DNA from: Betaproteobacteria bacterium
GTDB lineage: Bacteria; Pseudomonadota; Gammaproteobacteria; Burkholderiales; SG8-39
Direction of reading: 5' to 3'
Assembly (NCBI GenBank): GCA_016195915.1
Contig: JACPYS010000055.1
Span: forward strand, 516 to 64,515
DNA length: 64,000 bases
Shown here in pieces: positions 9,732 through 18,436 of the stretch. Positions within the stretch are counted from its first letter, which is position 1. Each line of letters begins with the position of its first letter. The translations under genes were made by a program, and so were the position numbers. The notes beneath the pieces were generated by a model that saw only the letters and a list, made by a program, of their open reading frames with translations, had not been told where the DNA came from and did not search any database.

Positions 9732-10094
9732 TCAGGGCGCAAACCGAACGAACCGCTGCGGCACCTGCACCCGCATGCCGAGCAGGAGAAACGAGTTGCT
9801 CTTGCCGTGGCCGTCGACGTTGAGACTGCCGTTGACGCCGCCTTCGAGTACGTCTTCGATCACGAAGTTGAGCGCCGGCAACAGCGGCAGATCATAGCGC
9901 TTGACGCGCGTTGCGCCGCGATGCGCGAACAGTTCGAACACCCGCTGTTCGGTGAGCTGTTCGGCAATGACCGGATACGCATCGTTGTCATACGGCATCA
10001 CGCTGATGTTGAGGCGGTTGCCCTTGTCGCCGGCGCGTGCGTGAGCGACACAGTGCAGCGGGACGCTCGCCAGAGTATCGTCGGAACGGCTCAT
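9732..10094 (-). CDS. AtuA-related small (C-terminal domain) protein
   Basis: AHARAGDKGN...LNFVIEDVLEGGVNGSLNVDGHGKS; ATGA overlap with the upstream AtuA-like gene. Confidence 0.8.
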   Translation of the reverse strand: MSRSDDTLASVPLHCVAHARAGDKGNRLNISVMPYDNDAYPVIAEQLTEQRVFELFAHRGATRVKRYDLPLLPALNFVIEDVLEGGVNGSLNVDGHGKSNSFLLLGMRVQVPQRFVRFAP

Positions 10095-11473
10095 CGTGCA
10101 AGCTCCGCCGCAGTGAAAACCCGGCTTCCCGGCGCCAGATCGCCGGGGGGCATCAGGTAGGACTGCGTCCTGATGCGCGGCGTGGTGCGCCAGCGCACGC
10201 CGCCGCCGCCGGCGGGTCCGCAGCAGTACAGCGCCAGTACCTCGCGTGCGGCCTGGTCTGCGTCGTCCTGCGTGCGCGCCGATACGGCGAGCCGAACGCG
10301 CACGTCGTCCGGGCTGCCACCCTCGTAAGTGCGCCATTTCGTGCCGCGGTCGCCATCATGCACGCTCGCGACACCGATCAGGTCGACGCGCGGCTTGACC
10401 TCGAGCTTGCGCATGCGTAGGCGTTCAAGGAGTACTTCCGCCGCGGCGCGGGCGCGCGCAAGGCAGTTCGGTCCTGCGTAGGAGATTTCGCCTTCCCCCA
10501 TCCAGCCGCCGTCGAAGCACACCGTGGCCTTGACCTTTTCGGGCGCAGGGCCGCCGCGAACGCCGAGTACCTCGACCCGGTCGGTTGCGATCTCGCGCAC
10601 GGATACCTGAGTGAAATCGAGTGTGACGTCGGGAGTGATGTAATTGGAAGGATCGTGGATCTCGTAGAGCAGCTGTTCCTTCACCACCTGGGCATTCACG
10701 ACCCCGCCCGTGCGCGCGGCCTTGGTGATTACGAGGCTCCCGTCGGACCCGACTTCCGCAATCGGAAAGCCGATATTCGCCGGGTCGGGGATGTCCTTGA
10801 AGCCGGGGTCGTAGTAGTAACCGCCGGTGATCTGCGCGCCGCACTCGAGCAGGTGGCCTGCCGTCGCGCCCACCGCAAGGCGCGCCCAATCGTCGAAACG
10901 CCAGCCGAAGTGATGAATCAGCGGCGCCAGGGCGAGCGAAGGATCTCCCGTCCGGCCGGTCACGACAATCTGGGCTCCCGACGCAAGCGCATCGACCATC
11001 GGACGCGCCGACAGGTAGGCGTTCGCGGAAACAATTTCGCCGTCTCCCGTGTCCAGCGCTGCGTCGGCCTCGTAGACCGGGAGGGAGGCGAGGTCGATGC
11101 GTTCGCGCACATCGTCGCCATGCACGACGCCGATCTTCAACTCCGGCATGCCCAGCCGCAACGCCAGCTGCGCGATCACCCGGGCAGCGCCGGGCGGGTT
11201 GGCCGCCCCGAAATTGCCGATGATCGGGATCGCGTGCCCGGCACATCGCTTCAGTATCGGCTCGAGCAGGCGCTCCAGCATGGGTTCGTATCCGCGCAAG
11301 GGATCGCGCCGTTTCTCGAGTTGTGCCAGCGCCACCGTGCGTTCCCCGAGCACCTCGAAAAACACTGCACAAGGGCCTCCCAATTCGATCAGCGTGTCGA
11401 CCACCGGACCCGGTGCGTCCACCCGATCGCCGGAAAACCCCGCGCAGTTGCCTATTCGGAACATATCTGGCAC
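10091..11473 (-). CDS. acyclic terpene utilization AtuA-family (DUF1446) protein
   Basis: RIGNCAGFSGDR, GHLLECGAQITGGY, IGFPIAEV, EQLLYEIHDP..YITPDV, GPAGGGG. Confidence 0.88.
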   Translation of the reverse strand: MPDMFRIGNCAGFSGDRVDAPGPVVDTLIELGGPCAVFFEVLGERTVALAQLEKRRDPLRGYEPMLERLLEPILKRCAGHAIPIIGNFGAANPPGAARVIAQLALRLGMPELKIGVVHGDDVRERIDLASLPVYEADAALDTGDGEIVSANAYLSARPMVDALASGAQIVVTGRTGDPSLALAPLIHHFGWRFDDWARLAVGATAGHLLECGAQITGGYYYDPGFKDIPDPANIGFPIAEVGSDGSLVITKAARTGGVVNAQVVKEQLLYEIHDPSNYITPDVTLDFTQVSVREIATDRVEVLGVRGGPAPEKVKATVCFDGGWMGEGEISYAGPNCLARARAAAEVLLERLRMRKLEVKPRVDLIGVASVHDGDRGTKWRTYEGGSPDDVRVRLAVSARTQDDADQAAREVLALYCCGPAGGGGVRWRTTPRIRTQSYLMPPGDLAPGSRVFTAAELAR

Positions 11474-11612
11474 GTTTTCACCTCCGAAGCTTGGTTTCTT
11501 GCTCCATTTCAGCCCGCTCGCGTGCGGGAGTCTGGCTTTCGCTTATCCGGTGACGCGCGCGCCGCTAGCCTTTATCCTAGATACCTGCGAAATTCGCACA
11601 CGGGACGATCTG

Positions 11613-13802
11613 GTGGCAACTATAAGGAAAATTGCGGTCAGCACGGGCATCTTCTGGATTGAGGTGCCGGAGGCCGATTTGCGCGTGCTGTGCGGGTGCC
11701 CGGTCGACTCGGTCAAGCATCTGCTGCGCAGAGGGCTGATCGTGCCGATCGAGGTAAAGGGCGTCGCCAGCGAGACCGGACCGAACGCGATCCTGCTCTC
11801 GGACCTCCCGATCCAGAACGGAAGGCTATGCAGCCACTCGGAGTTCCCGGTCCTGCAGATGCTCTACATGCAGGGCATGATCGTTCCGGGGCATCCGAAC
11901 AACGTCGGGCTGCGGCCGATGCTCATCGGTGCGCGCGGGCAGGTGGACGCCCAGATGTCCTATATATACCGCGGGAACTACGGTCTGGTGTCCGCGGACG
12001 AGCTGGCGGCGGCGGGGATCGAGCGCGAGCAGGCCGACGAGCTGATGCGGATCAAGCTGGCGTTCGCCTTCGGCGTGATCCGTTCCACCGAGGAGCTGTT
12101 GCAGGCGGTTTACGTCGAGAACGCCCCGGCCGAGATCCGCAATGGGGTGTTCGTGCGCAGGCTGCGCACCAACGTATTCGAGTTTTCCTTCGCCGGGGAG
12201 CATGTCGAGGTCGACCTCAACCTGGCCCAGGAGCAGATCTTCGAGTGCCCGTACACGCTCGACATGCACCTGCTCGATCGGGAGTACTTCGCGGTGGTGC
12301 ACACCGGCGACGGCGACGGCTGGGACATGAACCGGCCGACGATGGGAAGCATTCTGTTGCATCAGGGCCACGTGTATGTCGTGGACGCGGGGCCGAACAT
12401 CGATTACGCGCTTACCGCGCTGGGAATCGGCATCAACGAGATCGACGGCATCTTCCACACCCATGGCCACGACGACCATTTGGCAGGTTTGACCTCGCTC
12501 ACGCGCGGAGACCGGCGCATCGCCTATTACGCGGCGCCGATGGTGCGCGCTTCGGTGTTCAAGAAACTCGCTGCCGCGATGCAGTTCTCGGAGCGCGACC
12601 TCGACGAACTGTTCGACATCCGCGACCTGCGGATCGACGAATGGAACGACATCGAAGGGCTGGAGGTGCGGCCGATCATCTCGCCGCATCCGGTCGAAAC
12701 CACCGTTTTCTACTTCAGGGTGAAATGGGAAGGCGGCTACCGCAGCTACGCGCATTTGGCGGACATCGCCTCGGTCCGGGTGATGCGCAACATGCTCGCC
12801 GCCGATGGCGCGCGCGCGGGAATCAACCCGGCCTGGATGACGAGGACGATCGAGGCCTACCGGGAGAAGGCCGACATCAAGAAGATCGACATCGGCGGCG
12901 GGTTGATCCACGGCGAGGCGGAGGATTTTCGCGGCGATCCGTCCGGAAAACTTATTCTCGCCCATACCTCGAGGCGGCTCACCGAGAAGGAACGCACCAT
13001 CGGATCGGGGGCGCCGTTCGGCACGGTGGACGTGCTGATCAAGGGGGTCTCCGACGTTTTCCGGCGCCGGGCATTCGAGTTTCTGCGCGACTATTTCCCG
13101 GACGTGCCGTTGCACCGCCTCCGCCACCTGATGAACTGCGAGATCGTGGTGTGCAACCCGGAAGTGCTGCTGATCCGCAGCGGGCAGGCCGTGGACAACG
13201 TCTATCTGGTGCTCAGCGGCACGGTCGAGATGCTTCGCCACGGCGTGGCGGGTGCGAGCCAGCTTTCGGCCGGTTCAGTCATCGGGGAGACCCCTGCGCT
13301 GCTCGGCACCGAGTGCGGCGAGACCTACCGCGCGGTGAGCTTCGTGCGCGCCCTCCGCCTCCCGGTCGACCTGTACCGTGACTTCGCGATGCACAGCACG
13401 CTTTACCCCCAGATCTTCCAGTCGCGCGACAAGCGGGAGGATCTGCGCCGCGCATGGCTGTTCGCGGACGGCGTGTCCTGCGTCACGCTCAACCGGCTGG
13501 TGAATGCCGCGGACCACGCGCACTTTTCGCAAGACGAGGTCGTCGGGCTGCCGGAACGGGAGGTTCTGATTTTGCGCTCGGGACACGCGCAGCACATTTC
13601 GGCCTCCCATCAGGTCGAGCCGCTCGCGGCCAGCAATCACTTCGGCGGGCTCGAGCTCTCCCCGGGCGCGGGACGCGGTGCCAGCGTGCGGTTTCTCGAA
13701 TTGGCCCAGGCGTACCGCCTGCCGCTCGAGCTCGTCGCCGAATTGCCGGTGGTACGGTGGAAACTGATCGAGACCCACCGGCGCCGGTATCGAGGCCGCT
13801 AG
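11613..13802 (+). CDS. MBL-fold metallohydrolase with two cyclic-nucleotide-binding domains
   Basis: FHTHGHDDH (HxHxDH), SPHPVET, ILAH metal ligands. C-terminal cNMP-like segments VYLVLSGTVEM..GSVIGE and ILRSG..NHFGG. Start placed at GTG 11613; the upstream extension is antisense to atuA. Confidence 0.75.
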   Translation: MATIRKIAVSTGIFWIEVPEADLRVLCGCPVDSVKHLLRRGLIVPIEVKGVASETGPNAILLSDLPIQNGRLCSHSEFPVLQMLYMQGMIVPGHPNNVGLRPMLIGARGQVDAQMSYIYRGNYGLVSADELAAAGIEREQADELMRIKLAFAFGVIRSTEELLQAVYVENAPAEIRNGVFVRRLRTNVFEFSFAGEHVEVDLNLAQEQIFECPYTLDMHLLDREYFAVVHTGDGDGWDMNRPTMGSILLHQGHVYVVDAGPNIDYALTALGIGINEIDGIFHTHGHDDHLAGLTSLTRGDRRIAYYAAPMVRASVFKKLAAAMQFSERDLDELFDIRDLRIDEWNDIEGLEVRPIISPHPVETTVFYFRVKWEGGYRSYAHLADIASVRVMRNMLAADGARAGINPAWMTRTIEAYREKADIKKIDIGGGLIHGEAEDFRGDPSGKLILAHTSRRLTEKERTIGSGAPFGTVDVLIKGVSDVFRRRAFEFLRDYFPDVPLHRLRHLMNCEIVVCNPEVLLIRSGQAVDNVYLVLSGTVEMLRHGVAGASQLSAGSVIGETPALLGTECGETYRAVSFVRALRLPVDLYRDFAMHSTLYPQIFQSRDKREDLRRAWLFADGVSCVTLNRLVNAADHAHFSQDEVVGLPEREVLILRSGHAQHISASHQVEPLAASNHFGGLELSPGAGRGASVRFLELAQAYRLPLELVAELPVVRWKLIETHRRRYRGR

Positions 13803-13824
13803 AGAACGAAATCCAAGGGGATCC

Positions 13825-14412
13825 ATGGACCGCACCAGCGAACGCACCCGCGAGATCGATGCCGCCGTCGCGGACATCCGGGTGATAGAACAGCACGACG
13901 GCGTGACGCGCGAAAGTTTGGACAAGATCAAGCAGCGCCTGATTGCGCTCGCCGCACGCCCGGATCTGTTTACTGTCGCGGATTTTCCTCCGCCGGAGAA
14001 GGGCGGAAAGCGTTTCTCGTGCCTGTATCGGATATCCGAGGACGCGGACCACCGCTTTGCGCTGTATGCGAACTCGGCGCTCGGCGGGCATGGCACGCCC
14101 GCGCACAACCACACTACCTGGGCGGTGATCGTGGGCGTTACGGGCGAAGAACTGAACCGCTTTTACGACCGCACGAGCGAAGGCGGCGTGCGGGAAAAGG
14201 GCCAGTCCCTGGTGCGGCAGGGCTCGGGGGTGGCATTTATGCCCGACGATCTGCACTCCATTCACATGGACGCGCCGCTGCTGAACTTCCACATGTACGG
14301 CCTGGCGCTCGAGCAGTTGCACCGGCGCGAGTTCTACCGGGCCGCTGAGAACAAGTGGGACATTTTCCCGCCGCACTCGGACATCCGCGAAGCGCGCGCG
14401 GGCCGCGCGTGA
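13825..14412 (+). CDS. cysteine/thiol dioxygenase family cupin
   Basis: TPAHNHTTWAVIVG, DDLHSI, FHMYG (3-His cupin pattern). Confidence 0.8.
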   Translation: MDRTSERTREIDAAVADIRVIEQHDGVTRESLDKIKQRLIALAARPDLFTVADFPPPEKGGKRFSCLYRISEDADHRFALYANSALGGHGTPAHNHTTWAVIVGVTGEELNRFYDRTSEGGVREKGQSLVRQGSGVAFMPDDLHSIHMDAPLLNFHMYGLALEQLHRREFYRAAENKWDIFPPHSDIREARAGRA

Positions 14413-16016
14413 CCGGAAAGGTCTCGTTCACCGCGCTGCGCGGTTTGCTGGACGGGGGCGGCGAACTGGCGCTGCTTGACGTGCGCGAGCAGGGCGTGCA
14501 TTACAAGGGCCATCCGTTCTTCGCCTGCTCGCTGCCGCTGTCGAAGCTCGAGATGATGATCGAGGATCTCGTGCCGCGGCCCAGCGCGCCGATCGTGCTG
14601 CTCGACGCGGGTAACGAGGGGCTCGCCGAGCGCGCCGCGGCAAAACTGGCACGACTCGGCTACACAGATTTCGCGATCCTGGAGGGCGGTTGCGCGCTCT
14701 GGCAGGCGAGCGGCGGCGAGTTGTTCAGCGGGGTCAATGTGCCTTCGAAGGCGTTCGGCGAGTTCGTCGAGCATCACTGCGACACGCCGCGCATGCCGCC
14801 CGAGGAGTTGAAGCGGCTGGCAGGCAGCGGCAGGACGCTCGTGATCCTGGACTCGCGGCCGTACGAGGAGTACCACCGCATGAACATCCCGGGCGGCATC
14901 GACGTGCCGGGTGCCGAGCTGGCGTACCGCGTGCATGATCTTGCAGCCGATCCGGAGACGCTGGTGGTGGTGAACTGCGCGGGACGCACGCGCAGCATCA
15001 TCGGTTGCCAGTCGCTGCGCAATGCGGGAATTCCCAACGAGGTGATTGCATTGAAGGACGGCACCATGGGCTGGGAGCTTGCCGGCTTCGCATGCGAACG
15101 CGGCTCGACCCGCGTGGCGCCACCGCCATCTCCCGGCGGACGCGCGAAGGCGCGCGACGCAGCGGACCGGGTGGCAAAGCGCTTCGGCGTCAAGTTCGCC
15201 ACGCGCAAGATGGTGCAGTCGTGGCAGGGCGACGCGGGCCGCACGCTTTACCTGCTGGATGTGCGCTCGCGCGAGGAGTTCGAGCAGGGCCATATCGCCG
15301 GATCACGCCACGCGGCCGGCGGGCAGGTGGTGCAGGCTGCGGATGAGTACGTCGGAGTGCGCAACGCGCGCGTCGTACTGATCGATCCCGAGCGCGTTCG
15401 CTCCGTGATGACGGCCTCGTGGCTCAACCAGATGGGTTGGAACAATGTATTCGTACTCGAACCCGGGGGCGAGGACGGTTTCGCCGGCTGGGCGATCGAA
15501 AACGGGCCGCGCGAGCGGAGCATTTCCGGCTTCAGGCCGTGGCAGACGATCGCTGCTGCAACTGTCGCGGCGCGGCTTTCGCTTGGCGAGGCGGCGGTCG
15601 TTGATCTTTCGACCAGCCTGAAGTTTCGCGACCGGCACATTCCGGGCGCGTGGTGGGCGGTCCGGGCGAGGCTCGATGCGGCGCGTGCGCGAATCCCGGG
15701 GGCGGGGGCGATCGTGCTCACGTCGGAGGACGGCACGCTCGCGCACTTCACCGCGCCCGATGCCGCGGTGCTATGGCCCGAAGCGGAAGTGCGTGTGCTC
15801 GAAGGCGGAAACGCAACGTGGTTTGCAGCCAACCACGCCATCGAATCGGGCATCGCGAATGCGACCACGTCGCTCGATGACGTCTGGTACAAGCCCTACG
15901 ACCACGAGCACGGCAGCGATTACCGGAAGCACGCGCGTGAATACCTGAGCTGGGAGGTCGCGTTGGTGGACCAGATCAAGCGCGAACCGAGCGTGCGGTT
16001 CCGGGCCTACGACTGA
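14409..16016 (+). CDS. multi-domain (4x) rhodanese sulfurtransferase
   Basis: Repeated rhodanese starts (LLDVRE, ILDSRP, LLDVRS, VVDL..HIPGA) and NCAGRTRS active loop in domain 2. GTGA overlap with the dioxygenase. Confidence 0.85.
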   Translation: MTGKVSFTALRGLLDGGGELALLDVREQGVHYKGHPFFACSLPLSKLEMMIEDLVPRPSAPIVLLDAGNEGLAERAAAKLARLGYTDFAILEGGCALWQASGGELFSGVNVPSKAFGEFVEHHCDTPRMPPEELKRLAGSGRTLVILDSRPYEEYHRMNIPGGIDVPGAELAYRVHDLAADPETLVVVNCAGRTRSIIGCQSLRNAGIPNEVIALKDGTMGWELAGFACERGSTRVAPPPSPGGRAKARDAADRVAKRFGVKFATRKMVQSWQGDAGRTLYLLDVRSREEFEQGHIAGSRHAAGGQVVQAADEYVGVRNARVVLIDPERVRSVMTASWLNQMGWNNVFVLEPGGEDGFAGWAIENGPRERSISGFRPWQTIAAATVAARLSLGEAAVVDLSTSLKFRDRHIPGAWWAVRARLDAARARIPGAGAIVLTSEDGTLAHFTAPDAAVLWPEAEVRVLEGGNATWFAANHAIESGIANATTSLDDVWYKPYDHEHGSDYRKHAREYLSWEVALVDQIKREPSVRFRAYD

Positions 16017-16022
16017 CGCGAT

Positions 16023-16424
16023 TCATCCATCGGTGACCTTGCTTCGCAGGGTCTTGATTTTTCCCCTCAGGATCTTGCCCTCGAGCCGGCGCTTCTTCGC
16101 CGCGCGGCTCGGCTTGGTCGGCCTGCGGGGTTTGGGTGGCGCCGCCACGCTGTTCACCAAATCGCTCAGGCGCGCGAGCGCAGCGTCGCGATTCATTTCC
16201 TGGCTGCGGTGCTGCTGCGACTTGATGATGATCACGCCGTCGCTGGTGACGCGCTGATCCTTCAGTGCCAGCAGCCGCGCCTTTACAGCCGCCGGCAGCG
16301 AGGAGGCGCGAGTGTCGAAGCGCAGGTGGATCGCGCTCGAGACCTTGTTGACGTTCTGGCCGCCCGCGCCCGAGGAGCGCACGGCGGAGATCTCGACGTC
16401 GGTTTCACGGATGACTAGTTTCAC
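16023..16424 (-). CDS. arfB: alternative ribosome rescue peptidyl-tRNA hydrolase ArfB
   Basis: RSSGAGGQNVNKVSSA, RSQEMNR, basic tail RRPTKPS. Confidence 0.93.
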   Translation of the reverse strand: MKLVIRETDVEISAVRSSGAGGQNVNKVSSAIHLRFDTRASSLPAAVKARLLALKDQRVTSDGVIIIKSQQHRSQEMNRDAALARLSDLVNSVAAPPKPRRPTKPSRAAKKRRLEGKILRGKIKTLRSKVTDG

Positions 16425-16658
16425 GGCACGATTAAACCAGAGAAAGCGACGCGCAGCATGTTAGGCAGTGGGACTGCGCAAGCGCACGTCGTTGCCGCCT
16501 CCTCCAGGGTTTCCCGGTAGCGCCGGCAATCCGGCTCGGCGTGGAAACAAGCCGCGCGATTGTTACCGCGTTGGAAGATGTGCAGGGCTGCCCCGATACA
16601 ACAATTCGGGGAAGACGGGCGCTGACGCTGTTCTTATGTCGGGATGCGTGGCGGTACG

Positions 16659-17006
16659 TTAGCGTGACTGAGACGGGGATGCCTCAATTCGTCCCTTGTC
16701 GCTTGTCAAGGCGCTAAATATCTGCGCATTGGGGCAAAAGGTATTTCCCCCTTCGATTTTTCCGGCGAGCCATTGTTCGCACACGTCCTCGGCATGACAT
16801 TTCTGGCAGCGGCTGCGGATGTCCTCGAAAATGGCCTCCTTGTCACCCCGCGCCGCGATGTCGGGGTCCACGCCGGCACCCATCAACATGCGCATCATGC
16901 GCCTTTCTGAGCTGGCCCCCAGGTATCTTGCAAACCATACGAGGAGGGCGACAATTACCGCCGCCATGACTAGGGCGACGCTGATCTCGAACAGAGTAGG
17001 GCTCAT
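16659..17006 (-). CDS. small membrane-anchored four-Cys protein (DUF6455-like)
   Basis: N-terminal TM helix, MMRMLMGAGVD, CQKC...C...FCPNA; RBS AGGAG upstream of ATG 17006. Confidence 0.65.
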   Translation of the reverse strand: MSPTLFEISVALVMAAVIVALLVWFARYLGASSERRMMRMLMGAGVDPDIAARGDKEAIFEDIRSRCQKCHAEDVCEQWLAGKIEGGNTFCPNAQIFSALTSDKGRIEASPSQSR

Positions 17007-17085
17007 GGTTCCGTTCTCCTGTTGCACGCCTAGCAACCTGATCATTCGCGAGCGGATAGTAGTACCAGCCAACGCGTAGCTGACT

Positions 17086-17099
17086 TTGACCTGGATCAA
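17086..17099. promoter_or_regulatory. FNR/CRP-family box upstream of the four-Cys gene
   Basis: TTGAC-CTGG-ATCAA, one mismatch to TTGAT-N4-ATCAA. TACTAT (-10-like, minus strand) at 17056-17061. Confidence 0.55.
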
Positions 17100-17318
17100 G
17101 TTCCGCTTTGTTTACGGAGTCAGTCAGGTGGACTGCTGCGTCGCAACCGGGGAGATCGAGAAGGCGACGGCCGCCTTCGATAGAAGGGTGCAGTTCGCGC
17201 CGCTTTTCGCCCAATACACTTGCGAGCGTCCGCGGGAGGCCTTCGGAAATTTTCAGGGTAGTCGTCACAATCGCTCCAGACGGATTCGTGTGAAAATCAG
17301 TTCCGGCATCGCTGCGCT

Positions 17319-17765
17319 CTAGCGAGTCTTGCCCGCAAACTTTTTCCTGGCCACGTCGTACAAGCGGCTTGCGGCGTCGATCAGCGCTTCGAGTTCCTTG
17401 TTGCCGATCGCGAGACTTGCGGCACGGTAAATCCCCTCGGCTCTGATGCGGTCGGCTTGAATGAATGTACGCAGGTCATCGCTGGCGACACTGAGCGACC
17501 AGGCCAGCGACTGGATTGTGATATTTCTCGATCCTTCCTTGTGGGTCGGGCGCACGTCCAGATTTCGCCACCCAGCCATCGCAATCTGAAACACGGCGTC
17601 GTAAGCGTTCTGATAGCGCACCTTCGCAGGGACGTGGGCGACTTTGCTGCCGACCATGAATTCCTGCGCGTTTTTCAGGAACTGGCCGATCTCCTCGGCA
17701 GAGCTCTTCTCGTCCTGAAGAAGCCCGCGCTTCAGGAGGTTTTCGGCCTGCACCGGGCGTTTCAT
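17319..17765 (-). CDS. HEPN-like protein
   Basis: Helical protein with RYQNAYDA and RIRAEGIY (R-X4-Y variant of R-X4-6-H); ATGA-coupled to an upstream nucleotidyltransferase. Confidence 0.55.
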   Translation of the reverse strand: MKRPVQAENLLKRGLLQDEKSSAEEIGQFLKNAQEFMVGSKVAHVPAKVRYQNAYDAVFQIAMAGWRNLDVRPTHKEGSRNITIQSLAWSLSVASDDLRTFIQADRIRAEGIYRAASLAIGNKELEALIDAASRLYDVARKKFAGKTR

Positions 17766-18394
17766 TTTCGCCGTTTCCTCGGCTGGCGCAGCGCCGAAAC
17801 GACCTTCCTCCCGCCGCCGTCCGCGTCATGAATCCAGATCTTTGGTCCGGCTTCCACCGCTTTGATGAACGAGTCAAAAGTTGTCAACCTGGCATATTCT
17901 TTCGGTTCATAGAAGCGGACGCTCACGGGGCGGCCCAGCTTGGCCTCCGCGTCCTGCATGGCGCCGAGCACCCGCGCGTAATCGCAGCTTCCTACGACGA
18001 GTACATCGACGTCGCTGTCCGGTCTCGCGATTCCTTTTGCGACCGAACCGAAAATGTATGCTCGTTTGATCCCAGGCGCATACGGAGCCAACACGTCACG
18101 AATCACGGCTGGGGCACCAAACAGTTTTCGCGACATCGAACGCAGTTCCTCATGGAGCGGGTGCCTCGCGTTGGAAATGAAGACCCGACGGCCTCCGAGG
18201 CTTTGCTCGAGAATCAGACCGCAGGCCAGGAACTGGAGAAGTTCGCGATGAATGGCGCCCGATCCTCCGCCGGCGCACCGCAGGAGCTCGGCGTACGAGA
18301 ACGCCGCGTCACCGTCCGAAAAAAAAGCAGCCAGCAGGCGCTGTTGTGTCCTGGAGAACAGAACGTCCTGGACCTGAAGCTGAGAGCGACCCAT
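17762..18394 (-). CDS. HTH + minimal nucleotidyltransferase (MNT) protein
   Basis: N-terminal winged HTH (LFSRTQQRLL..GAIHREL) and IFGSVAKGIARPDSDVDVLVVG (GS-x-DxD). Confidence 0.85.
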   Translation of the reverse strand: MGRSQLQVQDVLFSRTQQRLLAAFFSDGDAAFSYAELLRCAGGGSGAIHRELLQFLACGLILEQSLGGRRVFISNARHPLHEELRSMSRKLFGAPAVIRDVLAPYAPGIKRAYIFGSVAKGIARPDSDVDVLVVGSCDYARVLGAMQDAEAKLGRPVSVRFYEPKEYARLTTFDSFIKAVEAGPKIWIHDADGGGRKVVSALRQPRKRRK

Positions 18395-18423
18395 ATTGGG
18401 TTAATAATAACCCATTCTGGGTC
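18388..18423. promoter_or_regulatory. double-palindrome operator over the MNT start codon
   Basis: GACCCATATTGGGT-TAATAATA-ACCCATTCTGGGTC: two ACCCA-N3-TGGGT palindromes flanking a -10-like TATTAT on the minus strand. Confidence 0.7.
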
Positions 18424-18436
18424 ACTCTAAGTCAGT

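Noticed and set aside
11097-11612. N-terminal extension of the MBL-cNMP ORF
   Set aside because: It is largely antisense to the atuA-like gene and has no recognisable domain.
16440-16660. GTTAGGC (attC core-like, 16460-16466) and a GGAAGAT (selC-like start) in this intergenic region
   Set aside because: No matching L boxes or palindrome for an attC, and no TCA-anticodon cloverleaf. I found no tRNA-Sec anywhere in the window.
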